In this document: positions 25,669 through 39,895 of the stretch, in pieces
Layout of the letters: each line of letters opens with the position of its first letter
How positions within the stretch are numbered: position 1 is the stretch's first letter
Assembly (NCBI RefSeq): GCF_036321535.1
Contig: NC_087436.1
Coordinates: 101,372,001-101,436,000, forward strand
Direction: 5' to 3'
Source: Camelus dromedarius
Taxonomy: Eukaryota
DNA length: 64,000 nucleotides
Notes under the pieces: generated by a model
Databases searched by the model: none
The model's input: only the letters and a program-made list of their open reading frames with translations
Told to the model about the DNA's origin: nothing
Program-made: the position numbers and the translations under genes

Positions 25669-27299
25669 CCCCTCCTTTAATCTTTAAGTAAGAGTTGTTG
25701 GACTCTCTACTCCCATGTGTGCTGTTCTCCTGACAGGGGAGAGGCATATAGAGTCATGAGATACCACTTGATTTAATTCTAAATTGTATGGTTTCTGGTG
25801 CTTGTATTTCAGAGTATATTGTATTTTATTACTTTGCTTTTTATTACCCATATGTATATTTCCTTCTTAGTTTGTTTTTTTTCCTTTGTTTGCTTATTTG
25901 TTTATTTCTGTTGGTCTCATTTGGGGAGTAGAACAAATATCCATTCATTCCAACTTCAGTGGATACCTCATGTAGAATATGCACTGGAAAACCCTGGGCA
26001 AGGGAAGTCAGTATGAGGACAGTAACACTCCTGAGAAACAGATGCTGGGAAAAGATTAGAAATTACTCAATTATACTTTTGTAATGAGCTCCTAAGATAC
26101 GTTTTATCATTTTTGTCCCTTTTCCTATAGCCAATTGGAAAAACATTGGAATACATTCTGAATCAAACCTCCATCCCTCATCCCCACCTAATAATAAAAA
26201 AAAAAAGGCAGAGGCAAGTGGGATCTGTTTGGATACTCGTGTACTTGTGCTAAGGGGCCCAATGTTGTTTGAACACATATTTGCATCATGCTAGGTACTG
26301 TGCTAGGTACTTTGCTTATGCAATGGGAATCTTAAGCCTAGAATAATCCTTTTTGGTTAAACATGATTATCCTTGGATACATTATGCACGAAAGACATAA
26401 CAAACTATGGTGCAAAATGACCTAGTTTGAATGGTTGGGAGGACACATGCTAGCTTTGGCTCTGGATGAATCAGTTTTTAATGCAAAGCATATTAGAGGT
26501 GATATGATTTTCAGAGTTTAAAATCACAATACTCATGTTCTCCAACTGATGACTGATGCCCCTTTTTTAAAAGATATAAAATTACTGTGATGGATTTGAG
26601 AATTCATATTTATTTTTTGTTAATCTGTTCATTGTTTCATTTCCTAAACTCAGTAGAATACAAACTTCGTTATCATGTATAGTGCAGGACACATAGGATT
26701 ACACTTAAACTAATTAACAATTAATTGTTGTGTAATGAAAAGAATGCTCTTGTACCAAGATGTCTGCAAATGCAACACAAAATATCTCCTTGCACTTAAG
26801 TATGATATAGATATAAAATTTTAATGAAAATTTATGGTGTGATAGGCATCATGGGAAATAGTGGGGGTCTAGTAATGAACAAAAATTTGTGTGGACCATG
26901 TGTCATTGATTTAAATAAACACAGACATAAATGTGAACTAGTAACTGTGGCAAATACTAAGCAGGACTCCCCATTTCTCAGTTAACAAACATTTTCTGAA
27001 TACTCTGTATTTGCCTATTTGCTTATCATTTTCCCCTGTTGCCTCTCCCAACTATATGCAATGAGAGTTAGTCTATTTTATTTGCTGCTAAATATATTCG
27101 TACATATAGGCCAGTTTCTGGCACATAGTAGTTTGTTAATAATATGTATTAAATGAATAAGTGAGAGAAAATAAAAGATAAATTTGAGATATTCAAGGCA
27201 ATTAGTAAGAACAGCTCTGAGATAACTGGCTTGTGTTTTCTGAAAAATGGATAGGCATTATTTAGATGAAAAGAGATGGTACAAAAGGGAAATGTTATA

Positions 27300-27870
27300 T
27301 GAAAGCCCTGTGTTAGAATTAAACATAGTAAATACAAAGTAAAGAAGGCTCATGGTGACAGGAAGGAGGAGAGAAAGCTTGGCACTGGAGAGGCAGGGAG
27401 GTGGGGAGAGCTCTTTCCGGATACCTTTGTAGATCATGCTAATGAAAATTATCTTTCTTCTTATAGTATTACAAAAAAAATCACTGAATAAGTATAAGCA
27501 GTGGGGGTGAACTAATCAGATTTATACTTTAAAGCAATCTCTGTTGCTAATTATTCATAGCAAAAGTGGCAGAAACTGTCATAAAGAAAGTATAGTTGAA
27601 GAAGAGAGGACCTGGGGTAAAGCTTAGATAATTTTATTGTTTAACGTCTATTAAAGGAACATGTGGTATGAAGGAGTCAGAAGGAAAACCCAGCAAGATA
27701 GGAGAAAACAGCAGAATATTGGAAGGCAGGCCATATAAGGATTATAAGTCCATAGAGTATTCAATGCTGTTGAAAGGGAAGTTGGATTGTAGAAGAATTA
27801 ATCTACTATGCCCTAGTTATAAAGACATGGAGATTATTGTTGATTTGAGCTATTTTTGTTGAAGTTAAAT
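27300..27870 (-). mobile_element. L2 remnant (antisense)
   Basis: ctttgtagatcatgctaa...ctaatcagatttatactttaaagcaatctctgttgct. Purine-rich antisense L2 pattern. Confidence 0.5.
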
Positions 27871-27999
27871 GACTATTAAACACACATGCACACACAACAC
27901 ATACACTAAAATAAATCTTAACGCTAGTATATAAGTACAATAATACGTAACTAAGTCCAGAAGGAAGTAAGACAACTGCCAGGAGCCACATTTCGGAGG

Positions 28000-30900
28000 G
28001 ACTTGAGAAGCTTAAAACTTTCAAGGTGAACCTGAATTAATGATGGAGTTTGTGAGAAAATTTCTTTTCTTTGAACTTAAAACTTTGGACTTTAATAGCA
28101 AGGCTCGTTATAGAAGATAAGGCTTTGGATATATGCAAAGTGGAGAGTTGGAACTGAGATCCTGTAATAAAGGCCAGACTTTCAAGTGACTACACCAGTG
28201 AAGACAAAACAAACAAAAATCCTGCTCTCCAGAAAAGAGAGACAACAAGGTATTTTGCCCTGTTACTCTCTGATCTTGTTGGAAAAATAAACTCTGTACT
28301 GAGAATCAATAACCAGAGTTCTGCTCTCGTTTATATGAGGAGTTTGAATATTTACTTCTTTTGGAGTCTGCAAAATCTCTGGCCAAGAAGTTCTACTTAA
28401 TATGATCACAAGCACTTTGGGACAATACACAGCATCAGTGCCAATCCTTTTTGGAAAGAAACAACTTGAATAAGTCTCTCAGAATTCTTACAAATTATGC
28501 TTACTCAAATACTAGCTCGTAATTCCAAAGAGTACATCACGCATGAGGACACAGGCCACCGTGAAATAGAGCAAAACAATAAACAGCAATTTTAAACCCT
28601 CAAAGACAAAAGATATTGGAATGGTTAGGTAGAGACTGTAAAATAATTATATATATAATGTTTAGGGAAGTAAAAGAGGACATTATTAATGTGAGAAAGG
28701 AACAATAGAAAAGCAAGAGTAAACAGGCAAGTTTCGAAAAGAACAAAATAAACCTTATAAAACACAAAGTAGAAATAATTCAATTAAAAACTCAAGGAAA
28801 GGGTCAAAATTATATTGTAACTAGCTCGAGAGAATGGCTTGTCTGAAATTGATAAATAATGAAATGCATGAAGAAAAAGAGAATGAAAGAACAGTAGTTA
28901 TATAGATGGTAGATAAAGGAAAGATTGATATATTTAATTGGAATCCCAAAGGAAGAAACTCAGAAGATTTTGGATAATCAATATTTAAAGGGATAATTTA
29001 TTAGACTTTTCTAGAATATGAAAGAAATGCTCAGATTTAGGAAACACAGTAAAATAAACTTGATAAACAAACAATCCACATTTAAGCAAATATTGGTAAA
29101 GTTTTAAGTTTCCAAAGATAAAGAGAAGATCTTAAAAGCATCCAAAGTGAAAGAAAAATTATGCATAAAGAAAAAGCAATGACACCAACAGCAGAATTCT
29201 TTTGAGCACCAAATGAATTTAGAAAATTGTATAGAAAGTAGAAAAAAAGAGTTAATTTAAATAAGCTTCAAAGTATGATTTTTTAGGTAGGGAAACCATC
29301 ATTTACAAACAAGAGTAGGATATAGTCATTTTTTTAGATAAGTTGTAGAAAGTTTATCAGTAATACATTCTCACTAGAAGAACTTCTAAATGATGTATTT
29401 CAGGAACAAATAAATTGAATACAGAAAAAAGACTTCAGTCTAGAAATATATGATAAACAAAATAAAATGGTAAACATACAGAAATAAAAACTAAAACAGA
29501 AATGTTGAAACAAAGGGATAATATTCTTAGATTATTTTGAGGATTAAAAAGATAATAGTTCTAAGGTATTTCATGTCATACTATGAACATGGTTAACATT
29601 TTATAATTGTTAAATAAGTCAAAATAAAGGAGACTTTCACTAATACAGAACTGAAATATTTGACAAAGAACACATGTTTATCTGTGTTGGGTACTTTGTG
29701 ATCATAGTTAAAACATACTGAAATTTTGTTTGTTTGGGGGAGACGTATATTCTCTTCCTTTATGATTTATTTAGTGTATTAAATTTAAATTTAACCATTA
29801 AAATATACAATTAAATCATTTGATATCAAAATGCATGTGAAATAAATGGAAAAATATCAATTTAAAATATTAAGATTAAATATCAATTTGAGAAAAATAT
29901 AAATTAGTAGTACTAAAAAGCATAGAATGTGTTGAAAAACACTGGTAGGGATTATCAGATTTTATTTTAAAAAAATTAATCTATATGTAATTCATAAGAG
30001 ATTCATACAAAGCATAAGGACCAAGGGAGGTTGAAATAAAAAGCATAGAAATACCAACTAAGATAAAACTGTTAAAGTTCTTATCATATCAGACAAAATA
30101 GACCTTAAAGCAAAAATCATTATTTAGGATAAAAGCTTTCAGTTAATATGAGGAATATAGAGAAATTTTACACTTTTTTGCACATAGTAACATAACCAAA
30201 GATGTACTATAAAGAAAAAGAATTAACAGATGGCAGGCGGAACATCATAAATTTACTATCATGCAGGGAGATGTCATTCACCTTGCTATTATGAGATCCA
30301 AAACCTAAACCTAAACTTAGTAAAGATATGGAAGATTTGAACAATAGAGTTAATAAGCTTGTTCTCATGAATGTACATTGAACTCCGAATCCCAAAATTA
30401 AAGACCAAATCGTTTTTTTCAAGCACACAAAAGATATACATAAAATTGACTTTGAAATAAACTGTAGTGCAAATCTAATCAAACTCCAAATAATTGATAA
30501 CAAGCAAATTATATAAAATTACTATGGTGCTATCAAATTAAAAATAAATATAATGAAAAGATAATTTAAAATATATTTGGAAATTAGATATTGTACTTCT
30601 AAATAATAGTCAAAGAAGAAAATACAACATGTTTAAATATGAATGAAAAAATAATGAAAGTATTCCATATTCAAATTGAGCTAAATGCTTGTTTATGAAA
30701 AAAAGAAAGGCTAAAACTCAATGAGGTAAGCGTTCATCTTAAAACTTAAAGAAAAATAGGAAAATGAACCCAAAGAAAACAAAAGGAAGGATAAAGATAC
30801 TTGCCTGCCAACATTCATTCAAGAAGACACAGAAAAATTAATCATTCAGTAATCATTTTAAAGTTTTGCGGGGGAGGGTATAGCTCAAGTGGTGGAGCGC

Positions 30901-31100
30901 ATGCTTAGCATCCATGAGTTCCTGGGTTCAATCCCCAGTACCTCCTCTAAAAATAAATAAATAAATAAGCCTAATTACCTCTCCCCCCCAAATAAAAACC
31001 AAAAACAAACAAAAAAGTTTTGAATCTGCTCGGTAAATAGCACCAATTCCAAATGATTTTAGGAGGAAGTTATACAAAATATTTAAATTATGGATAACTC
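28000..31100 (+). mobile_element. Ancient L1 5' half (5' UTR, ORF1 and start of ORF2), decayed
   Basis: ORF1-like aaagataaagagaagatcttaaaagcatcc (KDKEKILKA) near 29115. EN-like atcagacaaaatagaccttaaagcaaaa and agtaaagatatggaagatttgaacaa near 30090-30345. Interrupted by the SINE at 30870. Confidence 0.8.
30870..31013 (+). mobile_element. Camelid tRNA-derived SINE (Vic-1-like), copy 3
   Basis: gggggagggtatagctcaagtgg...gggttcaatccccagtacctcctctaaaaataaa...cctaattacct plus an A-rich tail. TSD AAAGTTTTG at 30860-30868 and 31014-31022. Confidence 0.95.
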
Positions 31101-31347
31101 TTCCTCTAAAGACTTAAAGAAAAGTCTTTAGACAAATTTAGCAGTATTGTATTTTAAATGAAAGGAAAAAAGCCATATTAAAGTGGCTTGAAGAATGAAT
31201 GGAGAATGTAGAAATGAATAAAATAAATATTAACAAAACTGCCTGAGGAAGGGAAGAAAGAGAAAGAAGTAGCTTGAGGTAGGGTTTGAAGGAGGATTTT
31301 TTTTTATGCTAGGAGACACTTGACCACATTGAAAAGCTGTAGGAGAT

Positions 31348-31869
31348 TACTGTCATAAAAAAAGAAGGAAATCTTGTCATTTGTGACAACATGGATGGAT
31401 CTTAATGGCATTATTCTAAGTAAAATTAGTCAGACAGAAAAAGACAAATACTCTGATCGCACTCATATGTGGAACCTAAAATAAAGAAACAACAACAACT
31501 AACTTCTAGATACAAAGAATAGATCAGTGGTTCCCAGAGGTGGGGGAATGAAGGTTGGGGGAAATGGGTGAAGTTGATCAAAGAGTACAAACTTCCGATC
31601 ATAAAATCAGTGAGTCCTGGGGAAGTAATGTTCAGCTTTGTGACTATAGTTAGTAATACTATATTTTACATCTAAAATTTACTAAGAGTAGATCTTCAAA
31701 ATTCTCATCACAAAGAAAAATATTTGTAACTGTGTGTAGTGATGAACATTAACTTTACTTATGGTGATTATTTTGCAATATATACAAATATCAAATTATT
31801 ATGTTGTACACCTGAAACTAGTATATTGTTATATGTCAATTATACCTCAATTTAAAAAAAAAAGAAAAA
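31348..31869 (+). mobile_element. L1MA-type 3' end (L1MA9-like)
   Basis: aaaaagaaggaaatcttgtcatttgtgacaacatggatgga...gtcagacagaaaaagacaaatac...gttgtacacctgaaacta...tgtcaattatacctcaat plus poly-A. Confidence 0.9.
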
Positions 31870-32881
31870 CCATAGGAAAGCCTCAGTTTAGTGAGACTTT
31901 TATACAAAGGGGAGAAAGAAAAATTCTGTTTATCTATGTTGCCAAATATTGTAATATTAGAAAATTGAGACTAGAATGGCATCTGAAACATAGTTGGAGA
32001 CACTGTCCTTAAAACGAATATGTATATGTCTACTTGTAACTATGCAGGTGGAAGATAAATGGGAGTAGATCTACATAAGTTTTTATTTTTTCGTATCAGC
32101 AAAATGAGGTATTTTCTGTTTGATGGCTTCTATTTTCTCCAGAAATTAGGATTTGAGGTCAGAAAGAGCGAGTGGAAGGAGAAGCCATGGAGAGTTGGAG
32201 GTTTGAGCACAGTTGAGAGTGAACGATTGTGAGACAGGTGGCAGAGTGAGCTATTTTTCACTTTCTAATAGGGGTCCTTGGTGGGGCTGAAGACACATTT
32301 GAAACAGGAGATTCAATCAACAGTGAACCTGCTTGCCCAGCTGTATTACTTTCTGGCTGGGCGTCCCTTGACATTTTGGTTTCTGAGGCAGAGGAAATCC
32401 GACTTTGGATGCATAGTTGTAATTAATAAAATACAGAGTCTTTAAAAGCTTTGCAAAGTAGTGTGTTGTTATTATGCATTTTACATTCAAATTCTGAGAG
32501 TATAAAGTTTAACTTGTGAGGTTCTGAGAACATTTTTACTTTATGAAAGGGTCCTCATATTCATCACAGACTACAAAATTATCGTCTTCTGCATGTTCTC
32601 AGATCGTAGCCTTGTTTCACTTTTCTAATGCAGGGGAGAGCCTGATGAAGAGTCCTTCAAGTTAAAATCAAAACAAAGACCAAATTGCAAATGTCTGGTT
32701 GCTTGTAATTTACCAGCCTTTTAAGCTACTGGAGTTAAGTTACTGCATACATTTGATGCAGAAACCCATTATTCTAGAACAGATCCTTTAGTTAAACAAT
32801 TGTAAATAGGTTCTAAACCATTGTTTTTAAAGAGTTAATCCAGGAAAGATATCTTAGTAAATATGAACTGGGTAATTTTGA

Positions 32882-33110
32882 GTAATAGTAATGATATTTT
32901 TAACATCTATTGAACATTATCTGCTAGGAAATTTATAATTAACATTATAATCACTTAATTCTCATAGCCACCCTATGAGAAAAATACTATTATTAACTTC
33001 ATTTTACTCATAAAACTGAGGCACAGGGAGGTTAAGTATTCCCCAGATATCACCCAGCTTGTAAATGGCAGAGACAGAACGGAAACACAGGAATCTGGCT
33101 TTAGCACGTC
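32882..33110 (-). mobile_element. MIR SINE
   Basis: Antisense MIR core aaaactgaggcacagggaggttaagta...cacccagcttgtaaatggcagag. Confidence 0.88.
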
Positions 33111-33779
33111 AGCCCAGATTATAGTCTGAAGGGAGTAATATATTATTGTCAACTCACGTTAACTCTCGCTGGCTAGCGATAAAGACAAATAGGTTGGTAG
33201 CAGTAAAGCGAGAGAAAGAAAAGTTAATTTCTGCCTGGAAAAAAATGAGGCATTTTTGCCATATAGATGTCTGTTGGAGCTAAGGAGAAATATATCCAGT
33301 AGGAAGTATATTCACTGGGCTCTAAAAGCAAAGTCTGATCGTGCCAGCTCTATGTTTTTCTTTACTATCTTATATTTCCCCCTACTGCTTTCAAGGCTTT
33401 GAGAAAGAAAAAAATGAATGTGGTCCTGTATTATCTCTGCCTTAGAGAATTAAGGGGAAGAAGTTGTATTTACATTTTGGAGTGTCAAAAACTGAGAGCC
33501 TGACCATCACAGCAAAGTATAAGATGGCCAAGGTGGTCAGCACAGGTGTTTTGTGCAGCAGTCATCCAAAGCGCAGGTAATAAGAGACAACCTAGTTGGA
33601 CTATGAATTGGCTTTAGGGACTCATACTTCAGCTACTTTGAATCTATTCAAGTGCCATCCGTATTTCTCTAGCAGAGTAAGGCACTCACTCCTTTAAAAT
33701 CACCTTCCCCTATTCTATTATTCCACCCATTAGGCTGCTACTTCTCTTGTCTATCTGTCTGTTTATCTATCCACCCATC

Positions 33780-33910
33780 CAATCTATCATCTCCTGTTGG
33801 AATTTACACTCCCTAGAAAGCAGTACTATATTCCAGTTATCTTTATTTTCTCAGTATCTTGCAGAATACCAAATATGTAGTATATTGTTTATAAATATTT
33901 GGTGAATGCC
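33780..33910 (+). mobile_element. L2 3' end
   Basis: actccctagaaagcag...ctcagtatcttgcagaatacc...ataaatatttggtgaatg. Confidence 0.55.
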
Positions 33911-35689
33911 TGACGATCCCACAAACTCAAAAGAATAACAATTTTATGGAACCCCAACTTCTTTCACCCTAAAAAATACTACTTGAACCCCTTGCTGGAT
34001 GGAACTTCCATACTGGCAGTGGTACCTTTGCTTTCCACTTTCTTAAGCTCCCTTCTCTTGTAGCTGTTTGGCTGTGTGCGTACAATTCCCTCCTGACGTC
34101 TGAGAATGAGTCCACACTCACAGTGCTTTTTCTTTTTTTTATCCCATTCAGATGTATGACATAGCACAGGGAATGCTAGAAACCAAGGTGCAACCCAGCT
34201 TCAAATTCTTTACTTCTTGAAACCAGCTTCCTTTGTTCTGCGAGGCATGTTTCATTTGTTAATGTCCTCAGGTCTATTTTGCGGCATAAACATGAGCCTT
34301 CTCTCTAGGGTCTGGGGATTTCGCATTACTTTCCTCTTCACATCTTCAAGGACTAATTTAACTCCTGTATGCAATATTCCATGTTCAGTTTAATCTGCTG
34401 TGATCAATTATTTCTCAGAATTCCCTTAGTTCACTTCAACTACCATTTAAAAACATGTTTACCATACAGTGCCTTATACTATTAGTTAATTTTCACATGT
34501 AAAGGTGTCCTATCTTTCCAACATTTTTAGAATTTGCCTTAGGGTATAATAGTTAGCATAATAATGTGAATAAATGACTTAGTTTTGCTTAGCAGAATTC
34601 AGTAGGTGTTGAGGGAATAGTAATTCTTTCATTAATGGGTTATCCTCTTCATTCAAGATGCATTTTCCAATGGAAAATATTAATGATAAGATTATATAAA
34701 ACATGTTAATTTTAAAATTGAACAGATCATTTCTCTTATATACAGAGTAATACATTGCATTTACAAGGTTTGCAATTTTATTTAGATTTTTAACTTCCTA
34801 AGGAAATATTTGATCATTTTGTGTCTAGTCAAGCACTCACAAAAAAGATTGTGGAAGGTTTTTAATGACAGTAATGCAGTTGTGATGAAATAATAAACAT
34901 GTATATTTAGCTCTGTGACTGATAGTATTGATTGAATAGCAAATGGACTGCCCATATTATGTTTCAAGTATAGACTTACATATTACAAGCCCAAATGTGC
35001 ATGGAAAGAGTGTTCTGCATTGAAGGAATGGGCAGTGAACCAACTAACCCCACACTCGACAAACTGTGATAGGAAAAGTGTATCACTCTGGCTGGGAAAA
35101 GAGAGAATCCCTGGCCATAATGCTCTCTCTTTGGTATAAAATGTGTACTAATAGGATGCATCGAGCTACTGACAGTTTCTGTGAAGAGTCTCTATCCTTT
35201 CAAATGCAAATATTTCAGACTCAGGCAGGTTCCCAGCACACAGATTTTAAAACCAAGTCATTTTTCACTGTGAAATAACATAATTGCACACTTGGGACAT
35301 TATATATTTATACAGATAATGGGTATAATTCAAGCAGCTGCCTACTCAAGTTAATGGAAGTTCTGTCTATTGAGAAGGGAATGTAAAAAAATATATATAT
35401 ATATGTACACACATATATGTGTCTATATTTATGCATTTGTATATAATTTTTCTTATTTTTTTCATCTAATCCCTAACTAGCCTTATTCATTTTTTTCCTA
35501 TAACTTAAGCTCCTTGAGTCTGAACTTTACACTGTCACTATTTTGATACACATTAAAAAAATCATTCTTCTTAGGAAGTGGGAAAGATGGACAATTATGC
35601 ATATGCATCTGAGACTGTAAATCTTATCTTTCCAATTAGGATGAACATTATCAGGGTTACAAAAGTTATGTATATGCCATAAAGAGAAC

Positions 35690-35860
35690 ACATTTTGGAG
35701 CAAAAACCTTATGCTTTAATCCTCATTCCACTGATTCCTTGATATTTGTCTTTGCACAGTTTATTTAACTCTTCTGAGGCCCAGTTTCCTCATCTCTCAA
35801 ATGACACTTTTCTTGCTAAGGACTTATCACATGCTAGGTACTTGAAAAGTTCAGTTCCTT
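35690..35860 (+). mobile_element. MIR SINE remnant
   Basis: ttatttaactcttctgaggcccagtttcctcatct matches the MIR core. Confidence 0.7.
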
Positions 35861-36234
35861 TAATTTTGTTATTTTCTCATGACATATTGTTTGGGAGTAT
35901 TAAAAGTGCAATTCCTGATAAATAATGCAGAATTTATTTTCTATAAATTCACTGTGGAGTTATCCACAAAGAATCACCTGCCAGCCACACTCCCCTCAGA
36001 AGTACACAGTCAAAGTCATCTTTACTCTTTGCTTTAGAAGCAGCTCTGAGTCTATGGAGTCTTCTAAATATAGTCCATCAGGTCTGAGTAGATTGGTTTA
36101 GGACAATTGAATCTTTAAGCAAATCAGACACTCTTTTGCCTCCTTTTGAGGTTTTAGACTCCTGGGGGACTCCCTAAGAAATAGTCTCTCTCTTCCCCAC
36201 CATGGTTCTGAGCAGTTTGAGGGAAAAAAAAAAG

Positions 36235-36399
36235 AGTGTCTATCTGAAAAAACACAAAACCAGTAATTTAAAAAGATACGTATACCCCAGTGCTGATAGC
36301 AGAATTATTTATAATAGGCAATTGAGGAAGCAACCTAAGTGTCCATCAACAGATGGATATATAAAGAAAATGTTAGACAGACAGACAGACAGACAGACA

Positions 36400-36441
<42 letters not shown>

Positions 36442-36879
36442 GGAATATTACTCAGCCACAAAAAAGAATGAGATTTTGCCATTTGCAACAACATGGATAG
36501 ACCTAGAGGCTATTATGCTTAGGGAAATAAATCAGAGAAAGACAAATACTGTATGTTGTAACTTATATGTGGAATCTAAAACATAAAGCAAATGAATGAA
36601 TATAGCAAAACAGAAACAGACTCATAGATACAGAGAATAAACTAATGGTACCAGTGGGGAGAGGGAAAGGAGAGGGGCAACATAGGGGTAGGGGATTAAA
36701 AGGTATGAAAGTACTATATATAAAATAAGCTACAAGGATATATTATACAGCAAATGTAATATAGCTAATATTTCACAATAACTTTAAATGGAGTATAAGC
36801 TATAAAAATTTTGAATCACTATGTTTTACACTTGAAACTATTACAATAATGTAAATCAACCATACCTCAATAAAAATAA
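36235..36879 (+). mobile_element. L1 3' end (end of ORF2 plus 3' UTR) with an internal compound microsatellite
   Basis: gaagcaacctaagtgtccatcaacagatg (KQPKCPS), aatggaatattactcagcc, atgtggaatctaaa, gtaaatcaaccatacctcaataaaa. Confidence 0.93.
36375..36439. repeat. Compound (AGAC)n(AC)n microsatellite
   Basis: Read directly from the sequence. Lies inside the L1. Confidence 0.95.
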
Positions 36880-37989
36880 TATATTGTAAACACCTTTCTA
36901 TGTTAGAAGAGATAATAGATCAATCAATTAAAGAAAATAAAGTTTACCTATTTATTTCTGTAAATATAGAAAAGTTAAAAAATAATTAAAATCATTAATA
37001 ATAATTCTTTACTAATATTTCCAATCTTTTGCTGTAAAACTAGGTTCATACAGTATGCTAGTTTTACATCTGACTTTTTTCACTTAACACAGTATAAGCA
37101 AGTTTTATGGTAAAGATTCTTCAAATACATACTTATTCTCAAAACTTTAGAAAATACAGAAAAATGTAGAGAATACCCGAGAAAGCCACTGCAATTTTTT
37201 TTGTGGAGTATAATCTGTTTTAATATTTTGGTATACTTCTTTCCAGTTATTTACTATGTTTATTTGAATGAGTACCATTTATATTTTAAAAAATAAGTTT
37301 ATATTGTATTTATATTTTGGTGCAACTTTTAAGAATTGATGTTAACTTAAGAATTTGTTGTATTATTAAACTTTCCTGAAAAGTGTATTTTTAAAATAAA
37401 AAAATAACATAACATAAAACAAAGGAGAGTGGTAAGGAGCCTTAAACATTACATTTGCTACTGGCAAGGCTAGGTAAGTGGATAAATCACTAGGGTAAGC
37501 GATAGATTGGCTTCCTATATGAGTGTCAGATTTAGGGAGACTTGCTCACTCAATTCTAGGCAAGACTGAGCTGCAGCAGCTTCTTACTGTGGGAGTGGGG
37601 GTGGGGGTGAGGAGACATTTGTTCCATATAGGAAGCAAAAGGCAAAAAAGCAGGTATTAAGTAGGGAGAGAAAGGCTAAGGGAAAAGAAATTCCTCCTCG
37701 TGAAAACCAGGGATGGAATAAGAGACATTGCCTTCCAACGGTTAGCTAATTATATTTTTACCCAGCGTAAGCTCTGATTCACACTTGGAGAGTTCAAGGT
37801 GTCTTCAAGTGTGAAAAAGACAAGCAATACAAATAATTTAACTTTTCTTTAGGAAGACTTTAGATTCTACACCACAATGTATGTTGTCAAATAAATGTTC
37901 AGAATAAAGTTCAGGGTGAATTCCTCCAGTGATTGAAGGGTTGCATGCAAAGAGAAATGATCAAAAGGAGTTTGAATATCACTTTTTGG

Positions 37990-38200
37990 TTACCTTTAGC
38001 AAACGTCTAAAAACTGTGTTAGGTGCTAGCATTATTTCAATGCCTAGAACAACCCTGCAGTCTAAAAGATCTAAATCCAATTTTGTAAGTGAGGAGAATG
38101 AGACACAGAGAGGTCAAGTAATCTAATATTTATTGGTAGTAAATAGTGCAACCAAGACGCATGATCTGGATAACTCCAAGTCTTGATCTTCTTTCACTGC
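37990..38200 (-). mobile_element. MIR SINE
   Basis: acaaccctgc...attttgtaagtgaggagaatgagacacagagaggtcaagtaa is the antisense MIR core. Confidence 0.8.
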
Positions 38201-39669
38201 ACTTTGATGTTTCATTAATAATATATCGTTTAGAAATCTTGATGTAAGCAACAGAAACTGACTATTGTTATCTTAAGTAGAATGGAATGGAAGAGAAACA
38301 GTGACTTACAAAATTAATAACTGACTAGAGAGTTGGATTTGGAAATCTTGCAAGAATCAAAGCAGCTCCACAGAGTTAAGAAAAAACATCTTTTTTTCTT
38401 AACTTTTATCACAGGGAGCATGTCCAGGTGGACCAAGTCACTATTGCTGGAGACCCCCACCACTGGATGCCACTGCAGTTCTCACTAGCTGTCCTACCAT
38501 TTCCTAGATGACAGTTCTTGAATACTACTACATCTTGGGAAAAATTACCTTTGCTAGGCTAAAAAGTTCCTTTCACCTGGGTCCGAGTGTAGCTACTCTA
38601 CAGAGTCTTGTTCATACTGTGGGAAAGAGGAGATATTCATATGGGAAAAATCAAAGATGTTCTCCAGCTTGAATTTAAAATGCTACTCACCAGGCATCAA
38701 GCTAACTGTGTTTTGTACCCTGGCAAAAGCCATCCCCCTTACATTGCAATTTCAGACCATATATTATCAATTTATCGATTCTGAAATCCTAATTTGGTGC
38801 CAGTCATACAATAGAAGCTATTCCACTTGGAAAATGACTTTCTTAAAAGCATTTTATGTGGTTAGAACAGTGATTTTCTTATAGAGTTTACTGGGGACTC
38901 AAATTTATGCCTTAAAATTCAAATGATTTGTCAACTATAAATTAACATCTTTCAAGTAAAACAGAACCATAATTCTAAAGCATTCAGAAGAAAAGCTGTA
39001 GATTAGATTCGGATAGTGCAGGAAAACAAAGGAAAGTTTAAAAGTAAGGTGCCCTATGAATCTCTGATATCAGTCAGGTCAGTCTCAAGTAGAAATTCTG
39101 AAAAATGATGAAAACCTGCCTTACAAATAGACACGTATTTTTAATGTTGGACCACATATTGATATTTTAAGTAGAAAATAACTTTCTCAATTAATACCTT
39201 CAATTTACAACTTGAAATTATCAGTTTTAGTTGAAACTTTTTTAAACAAAGTAAGTTTAGTAAAGTATGTATTTTTCTTTCTTTACTGAAGAAGAATATG
39301 TGTTTTATAATAAGTTGGTCATTCACGATGTCTGATATTTATTATAGATTATGTTTTATCATGTTACCTTTAGTCACATTTTAATTTCTTCACTCTCTTT
39401 AAGTTTAAAATAACAATTGGAACCTTCCATAATGTGAAAAACATTGTGAAGGAAATTGTTTGGAACAATCCTGTGCAAACAACAAAAATAGGAAGCAAAA
39501 AAAGAGAGCTGGTATTATCTAGCTATCACCTGGCACCCAAAGAATTCTCAACAGCATACGAAAATGTAATTTTGATAAATAAGAGTTTATTAAGTATGAA
39601 CGTTTTTAATGTCCAAAATGCTGAATAGAGTCTCCAGGTATTTAACATGCAGTATGAAATATGTGAATG

Positions 39670-39895
39670 ATAATAATACTTCACATTTATGGATATTTTA
39701 TTATTAGCTATACACCAAGTTGTTTGCATGTATTTAATTCATTAAGCTTACAGCTCTGTGAGGCAGTCCCCCCATTTTACAGCAAGGGCAACTGAGGCAT
39801 GGGGAGGTTAAGTAACTGGCTCAAGTTTGTATTAATAATAAGATCTGGATGCAGTCAGTCTGTTCCAGAGCCCATGATCTTACCACCACACTAAG
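39670..39895 (-). mobile_element. MIR SINE
   Basis: ccccattttacag...aactgaggcatggggaggttaagtaactggctcaag...ccagagcccatgatcttaccaccac. Confidence 0.88.

Noticed and set aside
25523..25747. ORF with a poly-Q run
   Set aside because: Poly-Q derives from a short (GTT)n repeat. No splice or codon support.
36202..36471. ORF containing RKQPKCPSTDG
   Set aside because: Decayed C-terminus of L1 ORF2 running into a microsatellite. Not a host gene.
37590..37613. G-rich tract as a G-quadruplex
   Set aside because: Only three runs of at least three G. Does not meet the canonical pattern.
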